Shown here: piece after piece, positions 10,762-23,640 of the stretch
How the letters are laid out: every line of letters starts with the position of its first letter
Position numbering within the stretch: position 1 is the stretch's first letter
NCBI RefSeq assembly: GCF_030684315.1
Contig: NC_081357.1
Location: 14,014,255-14,078,254, forward strand
Length of the DNA stretch: 64,000 bases
Source of the DNA: Stegostoma tigrinum
Taxonomy: Eukaryota
Direction of reading: 5' to 3'
Made by a program: the position numbers and the translations under genes
Notes under the pieces: generated by a model
Seen by the model: the letters and a program-made list of their open reading frames with translations, nothing else
The model's database searches: none
What the model was told of the DNA's origin: nothing

Positions 10762-12545
10762 GTTGGAGAGTCATACAGCCCAGAAACAGACCCTTCGGTC
10801 CAATTCATGTGCACTGACTGGACATCCTAAGCTGACTTAATTCTATTTGCCAGCATTTGGCCTAAATCCCTCTAAACCCATACTATTCATATAACCATCC
10901 AGATGCCTTTTAAATGTTGCAATTGTACAACCCAATACCACTTCCTCTGGCAGCGCATTCCATTCACACACCAGTCTCTGTGAGAAAACGTTACCCCTCA
11001 CGTCCTTTTTAATTTTTTCCCCTCTCACTTTAAACCTCTGCCCTCTAGTTTCAGATTCCCCCAGCTTAGGAAAAAGACCTTGGATATTCACCCTATCCAT
11101 GCCCCTCGTGATTTTACAAACCTCTCTAAGAGCATCCCTCAGCCTCGAGGTTCCAGGGAAACATATCCCAGCCTATTCAGCCTCTTGCTGTAGCTCAAAC
11201 CCTTCAACCTAGCAACAGCCTTGTTTAGGAGACAGTAGGAGCTGCAGATGCTGGATAATCTGAGATAACAAGGTGTAGAGCTGGATGAACACAGTAGGTG
11301 AAGCAGCATCAGAGGAGCAGGAAAACCTGACGTTTTAGGCCTCGACCCGAAATGTCAGCCTTCCTGCTCCTCTGATGCTACTTGGCCTGCTGTGTTCATC
11401 CAGCTCCACACCTTGTTTTCTAACAACCTTGTTAATCTTTTCTGCTCCATCTTAAGTTTAACAATGTCTTTCCTATAGAAGGATGAGCAGGATTGTATGC
11501 AGTATTCCAAAAGTGGCCTCCCCAATATCCTGTAGAGCCACAATATAACCTCGCAACTCCTACACTCAATGCACTGACCAATGAAAACAAGCTTTCCAAA
11601 TGCTTTCTTCACCATCCTGTCTACTTGTGACTCCACTTTCATGGAACTCTGCACCCGCAGCCTTAGGTCTGTTTGTTCAGCAAAACTGCTCAGGACCTTA
11701 CCATTAAATGTATAAGCTCTGTGCTGGTTTGCCTTACCAAAATGCAGCACCTCACATTAATTGAAATTAAACTCCATCTGCCAGTCCGCAGCCCATTGGG
11801 CCATCTGACCAAGATCTCATTGTACTTTGAGATAACCTTTGTTACTGCCCAATACACCACCTAATTTAGTGTATATGCAAACATACTGGCCATACCTCCG
11901 ATATTTACATCATTTATATAAATGAAAAGGAGCAGTGGACCCTGCACCAATCCTTGTGGCACACAGAACTCTAGTCCAAAAAACAACTGCCTTCGACCAC
12001 CCTCTGTCTCCCACTTTCAAACCAATCTTGTGTCCAATTGGCTAGCCATCCCTGGATCCCAAGTGATCTAACCTTGCTAACCAGTCTACTGCGCGGAACA
12101 TTGTCAAACACTTCGCTGAAGTCTGTAAAAACAAAGCCTTCCACTCTGCCTTCATCAATCTTCTGTGTCACCTCTTCAAAAAAGTCAATCAAATTAGTGA
12201 GACATGATTACCCATGTACAAAGCCATGTTAACTGTCCCTAATCCACCTTTACCTTTCCAAATTCATGTAAATCTGTCACTCAGAATGCCCTCCAACAAC
12301 CTACCCACCACTACTCATAAAGCTCCATAGCTTTTCCTTACAGCCTTTCTTAACTCATGATAGATTAGCCAACCACCAGTCTTCCGACTCCTCACCTGTG
12401 ACTGTCAATGATACAAATATCTCAGCAAACGGCCCAGCAAATTCTTCCCTAGCTTCCCACGAAGATCTGGGATACACCCGATCAGGACCTGGGGATTTGT
12501 CCATCTTTACGTGTTTTAAGACTTCCAGCACCTCCTTTTCCGTAA
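10762..12545 (-). mobile_element. CR1 LINE (RT to 3' end), decayed, with PLE insertion
   Basis: Minus ORFs MDKSPGPDRVYPR, DFSEVFDNVPRSRL, LHFGKAN..LLEYCIQ and FSQRLVCEWNALP. Confidence 0.9.
11226..11421 (-). mobile_element. PLE foldback mini-element inserted in CR1
   Basis: Inverted arms meeting inside the hammerhead region (~11340). TSD aacagccttgtt (11214-11225) / aacaaccttgtt (11422-11433). Confidence 0.85.
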
Positions 12546-12667
12546 GTTGGTATCTATTGGTCATTCCTTGATGCCTTGAGAAGGTGATGGTGGTGTTTCA
12601 TTTTGGCCAAACTAATTGGCTTGCTACACTACCTCTGAAGATAGCTAGTTGACATGGGTATCAGGTC

Positions 12668-12715
12668 AAATCAGAGTTAATGTTTCAAGTCCAGTGACCC
12701 TTCATCAGAACTGGA
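12668..12715 (-). mobile_element. Isolated pLTR/hammerhead relic (same type as 4306-4343)
   Basis: Minus strand CAGTT CTGATGA AGGGTC ACTG GACTT GAAA CATT AACTCTG. Confidence 0.65.
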
Positions 12716-12879
12716 ACAGCTAAACAGTTGTTCGAACAAGCAACAACTGAAGTTTGAGCCGTGGACAATTTGGAACAGTTCTCCACGACAGAAACCTTTT
12801 GCCCTGTGAGCAACTGGGTGATTAGATTTCAGGCGACTAAACAGGTGACTGAAGGGAAGAAGTGTTCAGTTCCTTTCTT

Positions 12880-14230
12880 TATTCCATTGTGGGATGTGGG
12901 TGTCTTTGGGTGGCCAACATTTGTTGCCTGCCCCTAACTACCCTTGAGAAGGTTATGGTGAGCTGTCTTCTTGAGCTGCTACAGTTCATTTGGTGTCAGT
13001 AAACCCAGACCGCCTTAACGAGGGAATTCCAGGATTTTGATCCAGCAAAACTGAAGGACTGGAAATATATTTCCATGTGGCTTGGAGCGGAGCTTGAAGA
13101 TGATGGCATTCGCAAGTATCTGCCACCCTTCTCCTTCTGGTTAGAAATGGTCATGGGTTTGGAAGGTGCCGTCTAAAGATCTTCGCAGAAGTTCTGCGGT
13201 GTATCCTGTCGGGTAGACCTGATGGAGCAGTAACTGCGCAGGTTAGATTGTCCTGCTCTTTGTATATGGGACATACCTAGATAATTTTCCATATTGTCGG
13301 GTAGATACCAGCGTTGTAATTGTACTGGAACAGCTTGGCCACAGAAGTGGCAAGTTCTGCAGGACAAGCCTTCAGTACTATTGCCGGAATGTTGTCAGTG
13401 TGCAGTGTCCAGTGCCTCCAACCGTTTCTTGATATCATGCAGAGTGAATCGAATGGGCTGAAGACTGGTATCTGTAATGCTGGGGACCACAGAAGGAGGC
13501 CGAGATGGATTATCTACTTGGCACTTCTGGCTGAAGATTGCTGCGAATGCTTCAGCCTTATCTTTTGCACTGATATGCCGGGTTCCTCCAGCGTTGAAGT
13601 TGGGGATATTTGTGGACCATCCTCCTCTGGTGAGTTGTTGAATTGTCCACCACCATTCATGACTGGATGTAGCAGGGCTGCAGAGTTTAGATCTGATCAA
13701 CTGGTCATGGGATCACTTATCTCTGTCCATGACTTGTTGCTTATGCTGCAAGTAGTCCTGTTAAATAGCTTTACCAGATGGCCACCTCATCTTCAAGTAT
13801 GCCTGGCACTGCTTCTGGACACATTCCTTCACTCTGCACTGAATCAGGGATGACCCCCCGGCTCACTGGTAATGCTTGAGTGGGGGATATGCCAGAACAT
13901 GAGTTTGCAGATTGTGCTGGAGTACAATTCTGCTGTTGTTGATGGACCACACTGCCTCATGGCAACCCAGTCTGAAGTCGCTAGGTCTATTTGAAGCATG
14001 TCCCATTTAGCAGGTGGCACACAGCATGATGGAGGTTATTCTCAATGTGAAGGCAAGACACCCTCCCCACAAGAACTGTGTGGTGGTCACTCTCACCAAT
14101 ACTGTCACGGGCAGATGCATCTGCAGCTGGCAGATTGGTAAGGATGAGGTCAAGTATGTTTTTCCCTCTTGTTGGCTCCCTTACCATTTGCCGCAGACTC
14201 AGTCGAGCAGCAATGACCTTGAAGGACATT
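12880..14230 (-). mobile_element. APE-type non-LTR LINE (non-CR1 family, clade unresolved), rearranged fragments
   Basis: Minus ORFs QMVREPTRGKNILDLILTN..SDHHTVLV (endonuclease C-terminus) and WWWTIQQLT..KDKAEAFAAIFSQKC. 3' end gtgggatgtggg...cccttgagaagg shared with 28755 and 29308. Confidence 0.8.
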
Positions 14231-14409
14231 GAAATCCTCCATTTTGCACCCTTGCCACCCTCATTGCTTCCTCTAAACACAGAGGAGTACAGATTGATCA
14301 GCTGAGAGAGGGTGGTATGTGCTAAGCAACAGTGAAAAGCTTCAACCATTGCCACATCCTGGTGCTATTTTAAATAGTTTAAGAATAAAAAGATATGACT
14401 GAAAGAGAG

Positions 14410-14995
14410 GAGAGTATAGTTGGGGAGGTAGGGAGGGGATAGGTCAGTCCAGGCAAGATGGACAGGTCAAGGAGGTGGGATGAGGTTAGTAGGTAGGAAA
14501 TGGAGGTGCGGCTTGAGGTGGGACGAGGGGATAGGTGAGAGGAAGAACAGGTTAGGGAGGCGGGGACAAGCTGGGCTGGTTTAGGGATGCAGTGGGGACG
14601 CATCCCAAAACCAGTCCAGCTTGTCCCCGCCTCCCTCACCTGTTCTTCCTCTCACCTATCCCCTCATCCCACCTCAAGCCGCACTTCCACTTCTTACTTA
14701 CTAACCTCATCCCGCCTCCTTGACCTGTCCGTCCTCCCTGGACTGATCTATCCCCTCCCTACCTCCCCACCTATACTCTCCTCTCCACCTATCTTCTTTT
14801 CTCTCCATCTTCGGTCCGCCTTCCCCTCTCTCCCTATTTATTTCAGAACCCTCTCCCCATCCCCCTCGCTGATGAAGGGTCTAGGCCCAAAACATCAGCT
14901 TTTGTGCTCCTAAGATGCTGCTTGGCCTGCTGTGTTCATCCAGCTCCACACTTTGTTATCTCGGATTCTCCAGCATCTGCAGTTCCCATTATCCC
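14410..14995 (+). mobile_element. PLE pLTR with 5' inversion
   Basis: About 185-bp inverted arms centred at ~14595, decayed hammerhead at 14869-14898, full family tail. TSD tgactgaaagagag (14396-14409) / tgaccgaaagagag (14996-15009). Confidence 0.88.
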
Positions 14996-16464
14996 TGACC
15001 GAAAGAGAGTCTGTTTTCATTCTGCCACCTCTGCCACGAGATCTGAGCCAGTTCACCAACAACACCTCTGTTATCAGCCCTCCTCCACCCCTACATTGCT
15101 GCCTGTGCCCAAGCCACTAATGTAGGAGCCGCCATTCTCCAGGCACCATATTTTCACTGCTGAGCCCACCTCACCGCTGCTGCCAGGTCCCATGCTAGAC
15201 CCACGCTCGCCCCTCAACCAGCAACGCTTGGCTCCGCTGCTGCTGCCAACACATCAGTGACCAGGAGACCCTGGCTCCAGGTCTACCACAAGCTGGAGTT
15301 ACCCTCCATTACCAGGAGTATCCTCTCAGGACCTATCACAACTGGGATCTGGAAAATTGATAAATTGGGGGCCATTTGCATGCTATTTAAAATCACTAAC
15401 TTCTCGACTCTGGGAATAGCTGGAGTCAGTTTCCAACAAGCTACTCCATTGAGGTTTGACACTAAGTAAGGGTCTCAAGTCACCATTCCCAAAGAACAAT
15501 AGTAAACCATTTGGATTGAAACTCAGACATGCTCACTGTAAAGTTGTTCTTGAAGGTACCAACATTTACTTCCAGATGGTTTAAATTATATTCTGTTCTC
15601 AATCCTAGATGCCTGTTGCTGGGATTCCTTTTTTTTCCCAGAAAGTGAATTTGTATTGCAATAGTTACCATCCTATTCAATTAGTCCACTTGTCAGTAGA
15701 TGCCAGTGTTATAACTGAACCAGAACAGCCTCCCTTGGGAAGCAGCAAGGCCTGGAACACAAGTCTTCAGTACTATTGCCACAAAGTTGTCTTGATGTAT
15801 TTTGAGCTTCGCATCTGAAACCAGGTTTATGTTCTAATCTCATTTGTGTGGGTCATGCAGAGAAAACCACTAACATCAGTGGAATTAAGCCTGTTATACA
15901 CTGCAACAGTGTTATATCTAGTGTTGTAGATAAAGACTACAACATAAGTAAAACATGCACACAATAGATTGTTTTCAAGAGCTTCTGAAAAACAATAAGC
16001 TAATTTTTAAACAAAAATTGCTCGAGTGAACGGGTGACGTGGGAACGGTCAGAGTTATTTTCAGTTTGCCCCAGAAGTTTCCTAAATGAAGCAGGAAGTT
16101 TTATTGCTCCCGGCTCATGTTGGAGGCTCCTACTGTCTAATATTTCCATGAAACTCCTCTTACGGCCCTGGGGTATCAAAGGCACAATGTCCCAGTGCCC
16201 GAGGAGCTGGGAAAACTAGTTGGTGGGTGAACTTACTAGGACGAGAAGGAGGGCAGAATTTTCCCATGCTGACTAATGGCAGGGAAGGGCAGATGCATTT
16301 TGAAGTGCCGAGGGAGCTCTCGTGTTTCCATTACCGGCAGGAGCCTAGCAGCCGGGATGCGGAATTAGCTGCTGCATCTGGTTTCCCACTGGTGCGAAGT
16401 GCTGTAGACTGCGATGTTAACACCCTGGGAACAGGCAGATGTTTTGCATGAATAGCAACAATGA

Positions 16465-17690
16465 TAAGATACAGGAGCAGAAGTAGGCCACTCAGCCCAT
16501 CAAGTCTGCTCTGTCATTCAACGAGATCATGTCAGATCTGATAAACCTCAACTCCATTTTCCTGCCTTTTCCCCATAACCCTTGATTTTGAGGTTATTCC
16601 CTTTGGTCCTTAACTTGCTTGCATGGGGAAAAAATGTTTCCATAACTATCATGTCAAGCAAGCCCTCTTGGAAATTGTATGTTTCAAGTAGGTCACCTCT
16701 CATTCTTCTAAACTTCAATGAGTACAACTCCAACCTACTGGGCAGGGTGAGATTGCTCTCTTTGTAATAAGAAAGACATAGTGTGAACCTGAGTGAGGTG
16801 CATAAGATTATGAGGGGCACAGACACTCAGCCCGAAATGTAAATCTAGAATACAGATGCTGCCAAACCTGCTGAGCTTTTCTAACTCTGTTTCTATCTCT
16901 GATTTACAGCATCTGTATTTCTTTTGGTTTTTGTTTTGAATAGAAAGCAGCTGTTCCACTTAGTTGAAAGGTAAATAATAAGGGGGAATAAATTAAAGGG
17001 TACGAGGTTTGGTGTGGGTCTGAAGAAAGACATTTTACATCCAGAGTGTGGCAGGGGTCTGGAATGCACTGTCTGGGAGGGTAGTAGAGGCAGGAAACCT
17101 CACAAAAATGAAAAAAAATTACATTGATGAGTTTTTGAAAAGTCATAACGTTCAAGAAAATGGGCCAAGTGCTGGAAAGTGGGTCGAGTGTAGATAGGTC
17201 AGCATAAGCGTGATGGGCTGAAAAGCAGTTTGTGTGCTATATGACTCCTTGGCCACATTCAACCTCTCTTCCAAAGACATTCCATCTCTATTCAGGATTT
17301 TCTCTGGACTGTTTACAATACCAGTACATCCTTCCTTTGCTAAGGGTGTCAAAGCTATCCAGCATATTTCAGCTATAGTCTGAATCATTCCTTATATAGT
17401 TTACATTACTTCCCTATTTTTATACTTCACACCCTCGAAATAAAGGCTAACATTTGCCTTCCCTGTTACCCACTTGATGTTAACTTTATGTACTCAATTG
17501 TGTGGACTCCAAACCACTCTGTGCTGTGGCTTTCTGTAGACTTTCTCCATTTAAAAAAAATTGAGTTCCTTTCTGCTTCCTAGCGAAGTGGCATAGCTGT
17601 CATTTCCCCACTTTATATTCTATCTGCCACCCACTCAAACTGTCCATATCTCTCTGCAGTCCCTTTGTGTCATCCTCACCACTTGTCTTT
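16465..17690. mobile_element. Cluster of old CR1 fragments (- 16465-16800, + 16960-17250, - 17250-17690) with a PLE tail at ~16830-16940
   Basis: LYSLKFRRMRGDLLETY on minus. CR1 3' UTR-like sequence on plus. acagatgctgccaaacctgctgagctttt...gatttacagcatctg matches 4360-4425. Confidence 0.7.
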
Positions 17691-18545
17691 TTTGTGGTCC
17701 CCAGAACATTACCTGGGTCTCTGTGAGTTGAGTGATAATACAATTAGGCCCCATTGCCTTCACCCTGTTCACTGAAACCTGTTACTATTCAGTAAGAAAC
17801 AAAACCCACATTTTATGAGGCTTAATTCACTTAATGAACACGATAACAAGCAATAATCCCAATTTCTAGGCTCCTCACTGCCCACGGGTGAGAATGTCAT
17901 CTCAATGCCCTGAAGGCTTGTTGAAAATCTGATTTATTGCTCTCGAGGTCGAGAAAAGTGATTTCTTATGTAATTCTCCCAGATGACGTGCCATGGTTTC
18001 ATAGGATCCTGCCCCAAATTTAAAATCCAAGTAACAGTGTACTCTTCATAAAATCCCATTAAGTTCACATGACCCTTATCTCAATGTTAATTGCAAGTCT
18101 CAAAAGAGCCTCCGAGCAGTAATTCAATTATTAAGAAACCAACTTGTTTGAATTAGGAAGCCGCAGTGGAATCTTCTAAAATGGTATCATTGACACATGT
18201 TCACAATCATTTTCATGTCACTGCAGTGAATTATCACAGTAGGAGTTACTGACCATAAAATAAAAACAGAATTAGAACCATTATAAACTCCAGCTGGACA
18301 TATTGGATCTATTAGCGAGGGCAGATGAACTGTGAAACTTGTTGCTCTTAATATTGGTTCTGTTTTGAAAACTTACACTTTAAAATGCCACCAATATTTA
18401 CCACCTCACCAGCTTTGGTCATGCAGCACACCACAGAAGGATATTCAGAGATAGAAATTGCAGACGTTCTTGCGCATTTCCAGTGTTTGAAACAGACACA
18501 ATGAGGCCTGTTGATGCATTGGAGAGACCAAGAGAGATGCACATT

Positions 18546-18645
18546 AGATTTCTGAAGAAGGGTCTTGACCCGAAACATCAGTTTCCATGCTCCTCTGATG
18601 CTGTTTGGCCTATTGTGTTCATCTGGCTCTGTACCTTGTTATATC
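18546..18645 (+). mobile_element. 100-bp PLE pLTR insertion starting at the hammerhead
   Basis: CTGAAGA AGGG TCTTGA CCC GAAA CATC AG. Perfect 13-bp TSD agagatgcacatt (18533-18545 / 18646-18658). Confidence 0.85.
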
Positions 18646-19126
18646 AGAGATGCACATTGTACCATTAATATGATTGTATTGCTCGATAAGCATCAGAATG
18701 AGCCACTTCCAGCAGCTGTGGCTGTCATTAAGTATGAAAATAAGGACCCAGCAGTGGGATTTGGTCCCTTGAGTTAACCTGGCGTTTGTGTACACCTAAA
18801 ACAACATTTCTCTAACCTGCCCAAGCAATCATGTTATGAAATTCCTCAATAGCCTTAAATTTTCTTTCAATTTAATGGGATTCACGTCCTCCTTGGAGGT
18901 AAATCACTCTTTTGCCAGAGCTGGGTATTGTTGTTTGTTTTACTAACAGTTTTCCAAATTTGTAGATTGAGTTGGTGGAGCATAAGAAGGTGAGAATTGG
19001 ATTACTGAACCACGGATTCGAGTGTGTTTACTCTCTGTCGAAGCACAGAACAGTAGCAGCTGCCACGTTGAGAAAGCAGCAAGGATCTGCAAAGAATTCA
19101 AGGCAAGAGCATAGGGAGCATTACAG

Positions 19127-19445
19127 GGGGAGGCAGTGGCCTATTGGCAATGTCAATGATCCACTAATTCAGACCCCTAAAGCCAATATTGTGGGGATGT
19201 AGGTTCAAGCCCCACCATGGTGAATGATGAAATGCAAATTCAATGGAAAAATCTGGAATTAAAAGCTAGCTCAATGGCACCATGAAATGCTGTCAAGTCC
19301 TACAATGTGGAAATAGGTCACCTTGCCCAGTCTGGTCTAACGCGACACTGGACTGACACCAACATGATGGACTCTTAACTACCCCCTGCAATTGCCCAGA
19401 GGGGTAATAAATGATGGACTTGCCAGTAACAGCCATGTCTCTTAC
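19127..19445 (+). mobile_element. tRNA-derived SINE (same family as 24652-24985)
   Basis: gggaggcagtggccta...ggttcaagccccacc head; tail gggtaataaatgatggacttgccag. Confidence 0.7.
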
Positions 19446-20004
19446 CAATAATGCAAAAGACTGAGGGAATTTAACATCAGAGCTTCAAACCTGAAGCATT
19501 TGAAGAAGTTGAGTTTTAACAGTGAGGCAATAGCTTTCTTAATGTGTTCGTTTGTACAACATTAACATTGCTGGCTAAGCCAACAATCATTATCTTTTAC
19601 AGTAATAAATAGCCTTCTTGTATTGCTGCAGTCCACGTGATGTAAAGTACACAGACAATGCTGTTAGGAACAGAATTCCAGGGCTTTTATCCAGTGTAGG
19701 AATATATTTTCAAACCAGATTAGCTTGTGAGTTGGATGCAAAATTGCAGAAGCCCCAATGTGTCTATTGCTCTCGTGGGAAAAGTCATGTGTTTCGAAGA
19801 TGCCGTTGCAGAAACCTCGTTAATTTACTGCTTTTCAGCTTGGTGTGTGGTGCACAGATCTGAAACCTGCCACAAGTCAAGTATTCTGCTTCAGTTTGGA
19901 TGGAGGTTTTTTGTGTAGGATCCATCCAGCTAAGTGAGGAGTACCCCAGCTCATACCTGATTTGTACCTTGCAGATGGTGTGAAGTCTTTGGGGAGTGAG
20001 GAGT

Positions 20005-21345
20005 TATGGACTCATACAGCCATAGAGTGAGACTCTCCAGTCCAACAGTCCCATGCTGACCATGTTCCCAAACTAAACAAGTTTCTCCTGCCAGTGTTTG
20101 GCCCATATCTCTCCTGTTCATTTACCTATCTAAATGTCTTTTAAATATTGTAACTATACCTGCATCCACCAACCCGGTAGTTCATTCCACACATGAATCC
20201 TTTTAAATCTTTCTCCTCTCACCTTAAAAATACCCCCTCTGGTTTTGAACTACCCCCACCCCAGAAAAAGGCACCTGCCATTCACCCCATCTATACTCCT
20301 CTTGATTTTATGCATCTCTATAAGGTCACTCCTCAACCTTCTATGTTCCAGTGAAAAATGTCCTGGTCAATCCATCCCATTTTTATAACTCAAACCCTCC
20401 ATTCCTGGCAACATCCTAGTTAACTCAGCCACATTATGGGCATTTAAACAGTCCTTGGATAAGCATATCGATAATGATGGAATAGTGTAGGGGGATGGGC
20501 TTAGATTAGTTCACAGGTTGGCGCAACATCGAGGGCCGAAGGGCCTGTTCCACGCTGTATTGTTCTATATTCTATGATGTATGTTCTAAGTCTTTTCTGT
20601 ACCCTCTTCAACATCCCTCTTATGAAAGGGTGACCAGAACTGCACACAGTACTCCAGAAGAGGCCTCACCAACGTCCTGTGCAACCTCAACATAACATCT
20701 GAACCCTGATACTCAAAGGCCTGAGGAATGAAGGCAAGCATGTTAAACACCTTCTCAACAACGCTGTCTACCTCTGATGCAAGTTTAAAGAATTATGTAC
20801 CTGAACCTCCAGGTCTCTCTGTTCTACAATAATACCCACGCCCCTCCCATTAATTATATACCACCTGCCCTTCTTTGTTTTACCAGAAAGCAATACTTCA
20901 TTTTAATCCAAATTAAATTCCATCTGTCATCCCTCAGCCTATTGATCTGACTGATCAAGCTCTCTTTGTAATTTTAGATAACCTTCTTCACTACCCACTC
21001 TCCCAATTTTGGCGTCATCTGCAACTTACTAACCAAGCCTCCTAACTTCTCACTCAAATCATTTATATAAATGACAAACAAAAGTGGACCCTGCACTGAT
21101 CCCTATAGAACACCACTGCTCACAGGCCTCCAGTCCAAAACACAACCTTCCACCACCACCCTCTGTCTTTTACCATCAAGCCAATTTTTTTTTACAGTTA
21201 GAAAGCTTAACCTCAATCCCATGTGATCAAACTTTACTGATTAGTCTGCCATTCAGAACCTTGCCAAAGGTTTTACTAAAGTTCATACAAACAATGTCTA
21301 CCGTTCTGCCCTCATCAATCTTTTTAGTTACTTCTTCAGGGTCAC
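20005..21345 (-). mobile_element. CR1 LINE 3' region, with a nested plus-strand CR1 3' tip at ~20423-20589
   Basis: Reverse-complement CR1 RT/3' UTR sequence. The nested piece ends gagggccgaagggcctgttccacgctgtattgttctatattctatg. Confidence 0.85.
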
Positions 21346-21388
21346 CCATCACTTAGATACCTAGTTTATAAACTGTTCTCACAGTTAC

Positions 21389-21690
21389 CATAGAATCCTT
21401 ACACTGTGGAAACAGGCCCTTCAGTCCAACAAGTCCACACTGACTCCCAGAGCATCCCACCCTGGCCCATCCCCCTATAACCCACCTAATCTACGCATCC
21501 CTCAACACGTTTTTGTCAATTTTTCATGACCAATCCACCTAGCCTGCACATTTTCGCCTGTGGGAGGAAACCCACGCAGACACAGCGCAAATGTGCAAAC
21601 TCCACACAGACAGTCACCCCAAGGGTGAAATTGAACCTGGGTCCCAGATGCTGTGAGGCAGCCGTGCTAAGCACTGAGCCACCGTGCCCC
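21389..21690 (-). mobile_element. HE1-like V-SINE
   Basis: Reverse complement of the 5061-5365 family (gtgggaggaaacccacgcagacac...gctaagcactgagccaccgtgcc). Confidence 0.9.
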
Positions 21691-21914
21691 CCCCTGTTAT
21701 ATATGTGCTTGGTTCAGCTGAGTTTCTGGTCAATAGATTCAAGGTAGAGGATTTCATGATTGTAATGTGCAAATAAGGTAATCATCTCTTTTTCAAGATG
21801 GTCATTGCCTGGGACCCCTGTGGTGTCAGTGTAACCTGTCATTTACCAGTTCAAGTCTGAATGTTATTCATGTCTGATTTAGACAAGAACTATTTCTTCA
21901 TCTGAGAAATCTTT

Positions 21915-22385
21915 GTCTAAAAACTTAAACAAGGAGTTAAGAGATTTTAAAAGGGACAATGATGAATCATTAGTAAGTAGGATTAAGAGGAATCCCAAGA
22001 TATTTTGTACTCATGTTAGGTCCAGTCAACAACAAAGGAGGGAATTTAGGCACTGGGACTAGCGGAAGTGGGTGAGGCCGTTAATAAACAGTCCACATCA
22101 GTATTCACTAAGGAGAAAGACAAGGATGATGTTAAAATTAGGGAAGGGTATGTTGATATTCCAAGGCATGTTGATATTAAGAAGAAGAAGGTGTTGGGTG
22201 CCTTGGGAAAAAAAAACTTTATGTAGAAAAGTCCCCAGGGCCTAGTGGAATCTATCCCAGGATACTGCAGGAGGCAAGGGAGGAGATTCCTGGAGAGGGC
22301 AATGAAGATCCATGATTCTTCTTTAGCCACAGGTGAGGTCCAAGAAGATAGGAGAATAGTCAGTCTTGTTCCTTATTTTAAAAGA
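21915..22385 (+). mobile_element. CR1 ORF2 internal fragment, decayed
   Basis: aggattaagaggaatcccaag...aagtccccaggg...gaggcaagggaggagatt, homologous to 33470-33900. Confidence 0.75.
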
Positions 22386-22629
22386 CTGGAAAATGTCTTT
22401 TATTTGGTCGGAAGTCAGTGAATCATTGCTAAGAGAAAACAGGACTGAATCAATCCTTTCGCTGTTAATGTTAAGATTATATATACTCTAGATGTGGGAT
22501 TTATTTTCCTTTCGTGAAATAAACTTATGTTCTTTTGTTAAAAGTGCACTGACAGCCTCAGCGAATACGTTTAGTGGCTTACCACTGTGGAAAAATCGAA
22601 TTGCAAAATAGAACCTAATGTTTTTCAAA

Positions 22630-23500
22630 GATAATGATGAAGGATACTGTAGGTTGCAGAGAGACATAGATAAGCTGCAGAGCTGGGCTGAGAGGTGGCA
22701 AATGGAGTTTAATGCAGACAAGTGTGCGGTGATGCACTTTGGTAGGAGTAACCAGAAGGCAAAGTACAGGGCTAATGGTAAGATTCTTAGTAGTGTAGAT
22801 GAGCAAAGAGATCTCGGTGTCCATGTACACAGATCCTTGAAAGTTGCCACTCAAGTTGACAGGGCTGTTAAGAAGGCATACAGTGTTTTAGCTTTTATTA
22901 ATAGAGGGATCGAGTTCCGGAACCAAGAGGTTATGGTGAAGCTGTACAAAACTCTGGTGCGGCCGCACTTGGAGTATTGTGTACAGTTCTGGTCACCGCA
23001 TTATAAGAAGGATGTGGAAACTTTGGAAAGGGTGCAGAGGAGATTTACTTGGATGTTGCCTGGTATGGAGGGAAGGTCTTACGAGGAAAGGCTGAGGGAC
23101 TTGAGGCTGTTTTCATTAGAGCGAAGAAGGTTGAGAGGTGACTTAATTGAAACATATAAAATAATCAGAGGGTTAGACAGGGTGGATAGGGAGAGCCTTT
23201 TTCCTAGGATGGTGACGGCAAGCACGAGGAGCCATAGCTTTAAACTGAGGGGTGAAAGATATAGGACAGATGTCAGAGGTAGTTTCTTTACTCAGAGAGT
23301 AGTAAGGGAATGGAACGCTTTGCCTGCAACGGTAGTAGATTCGCCAACTTTAGGTACATTTAAGTCGTCATTGGATAAGCATATGGACGTACATGGAATA
23401 GTGTAGGTTAGATGGGCTTGAGATCTGTATGACAGGTCGGCACAACATCGAGGGCCAAAGGGCCTGTACTGTGCTGTAATGTTCTATGTTCTATGTTCTA
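22630..23500 (+). mobile_element. Young CR1 (HER1-like) 5'-truncated copy with open ORF2 C-terminus
   Basis: ORF 22618..23406: LQRDIDKLQSWAERWQMEFNADKC...LVRPHLEYCVQFWSPH...FFTQRVVREWNALP. (GTTCTAT)3 tail. Confidence 0.95.
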
Positions 23501-23640
23501 TAGTAGGAACTGCAGATGCTGGAGAATCTGAGATAACAAGGTGCAGAGCTGGATGAACGCAGCAGGCCAGGCAGCATCAGAGGAGCAGGAGAGCTGACGT
23601 TTTGGTCCTAGACCCTTCTTAGCTCTACACTGTGTTATCA
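23501..23640 (-). mobile_element. PLE pLTR mini-element
   Basis: Family tail on minus with decayed hammerhead and a short inverted end. TSD ctaatgtttttcaa at 22615-22628 / 23641-23654. Confidence 0.85.

Larger units (their letters stand above)
19535..21900 (-). mobile_element. Old non-CR1 LINE remnant (19535-20005, 21350-21900) hosting younger inserts
   Basis: Degenerate match to 29308-30005 (gaattccagg..., gatggtcattgcctgg). Confidence 0.55.

Noticed and set aside
22618-23406. 262-aa ORF as a host gene
   Set aside because: It is the C-terminus of CR1 ORF2. The ATG comes from the flanking TSD sequence and near-identical copies occur elsewhere in the window.
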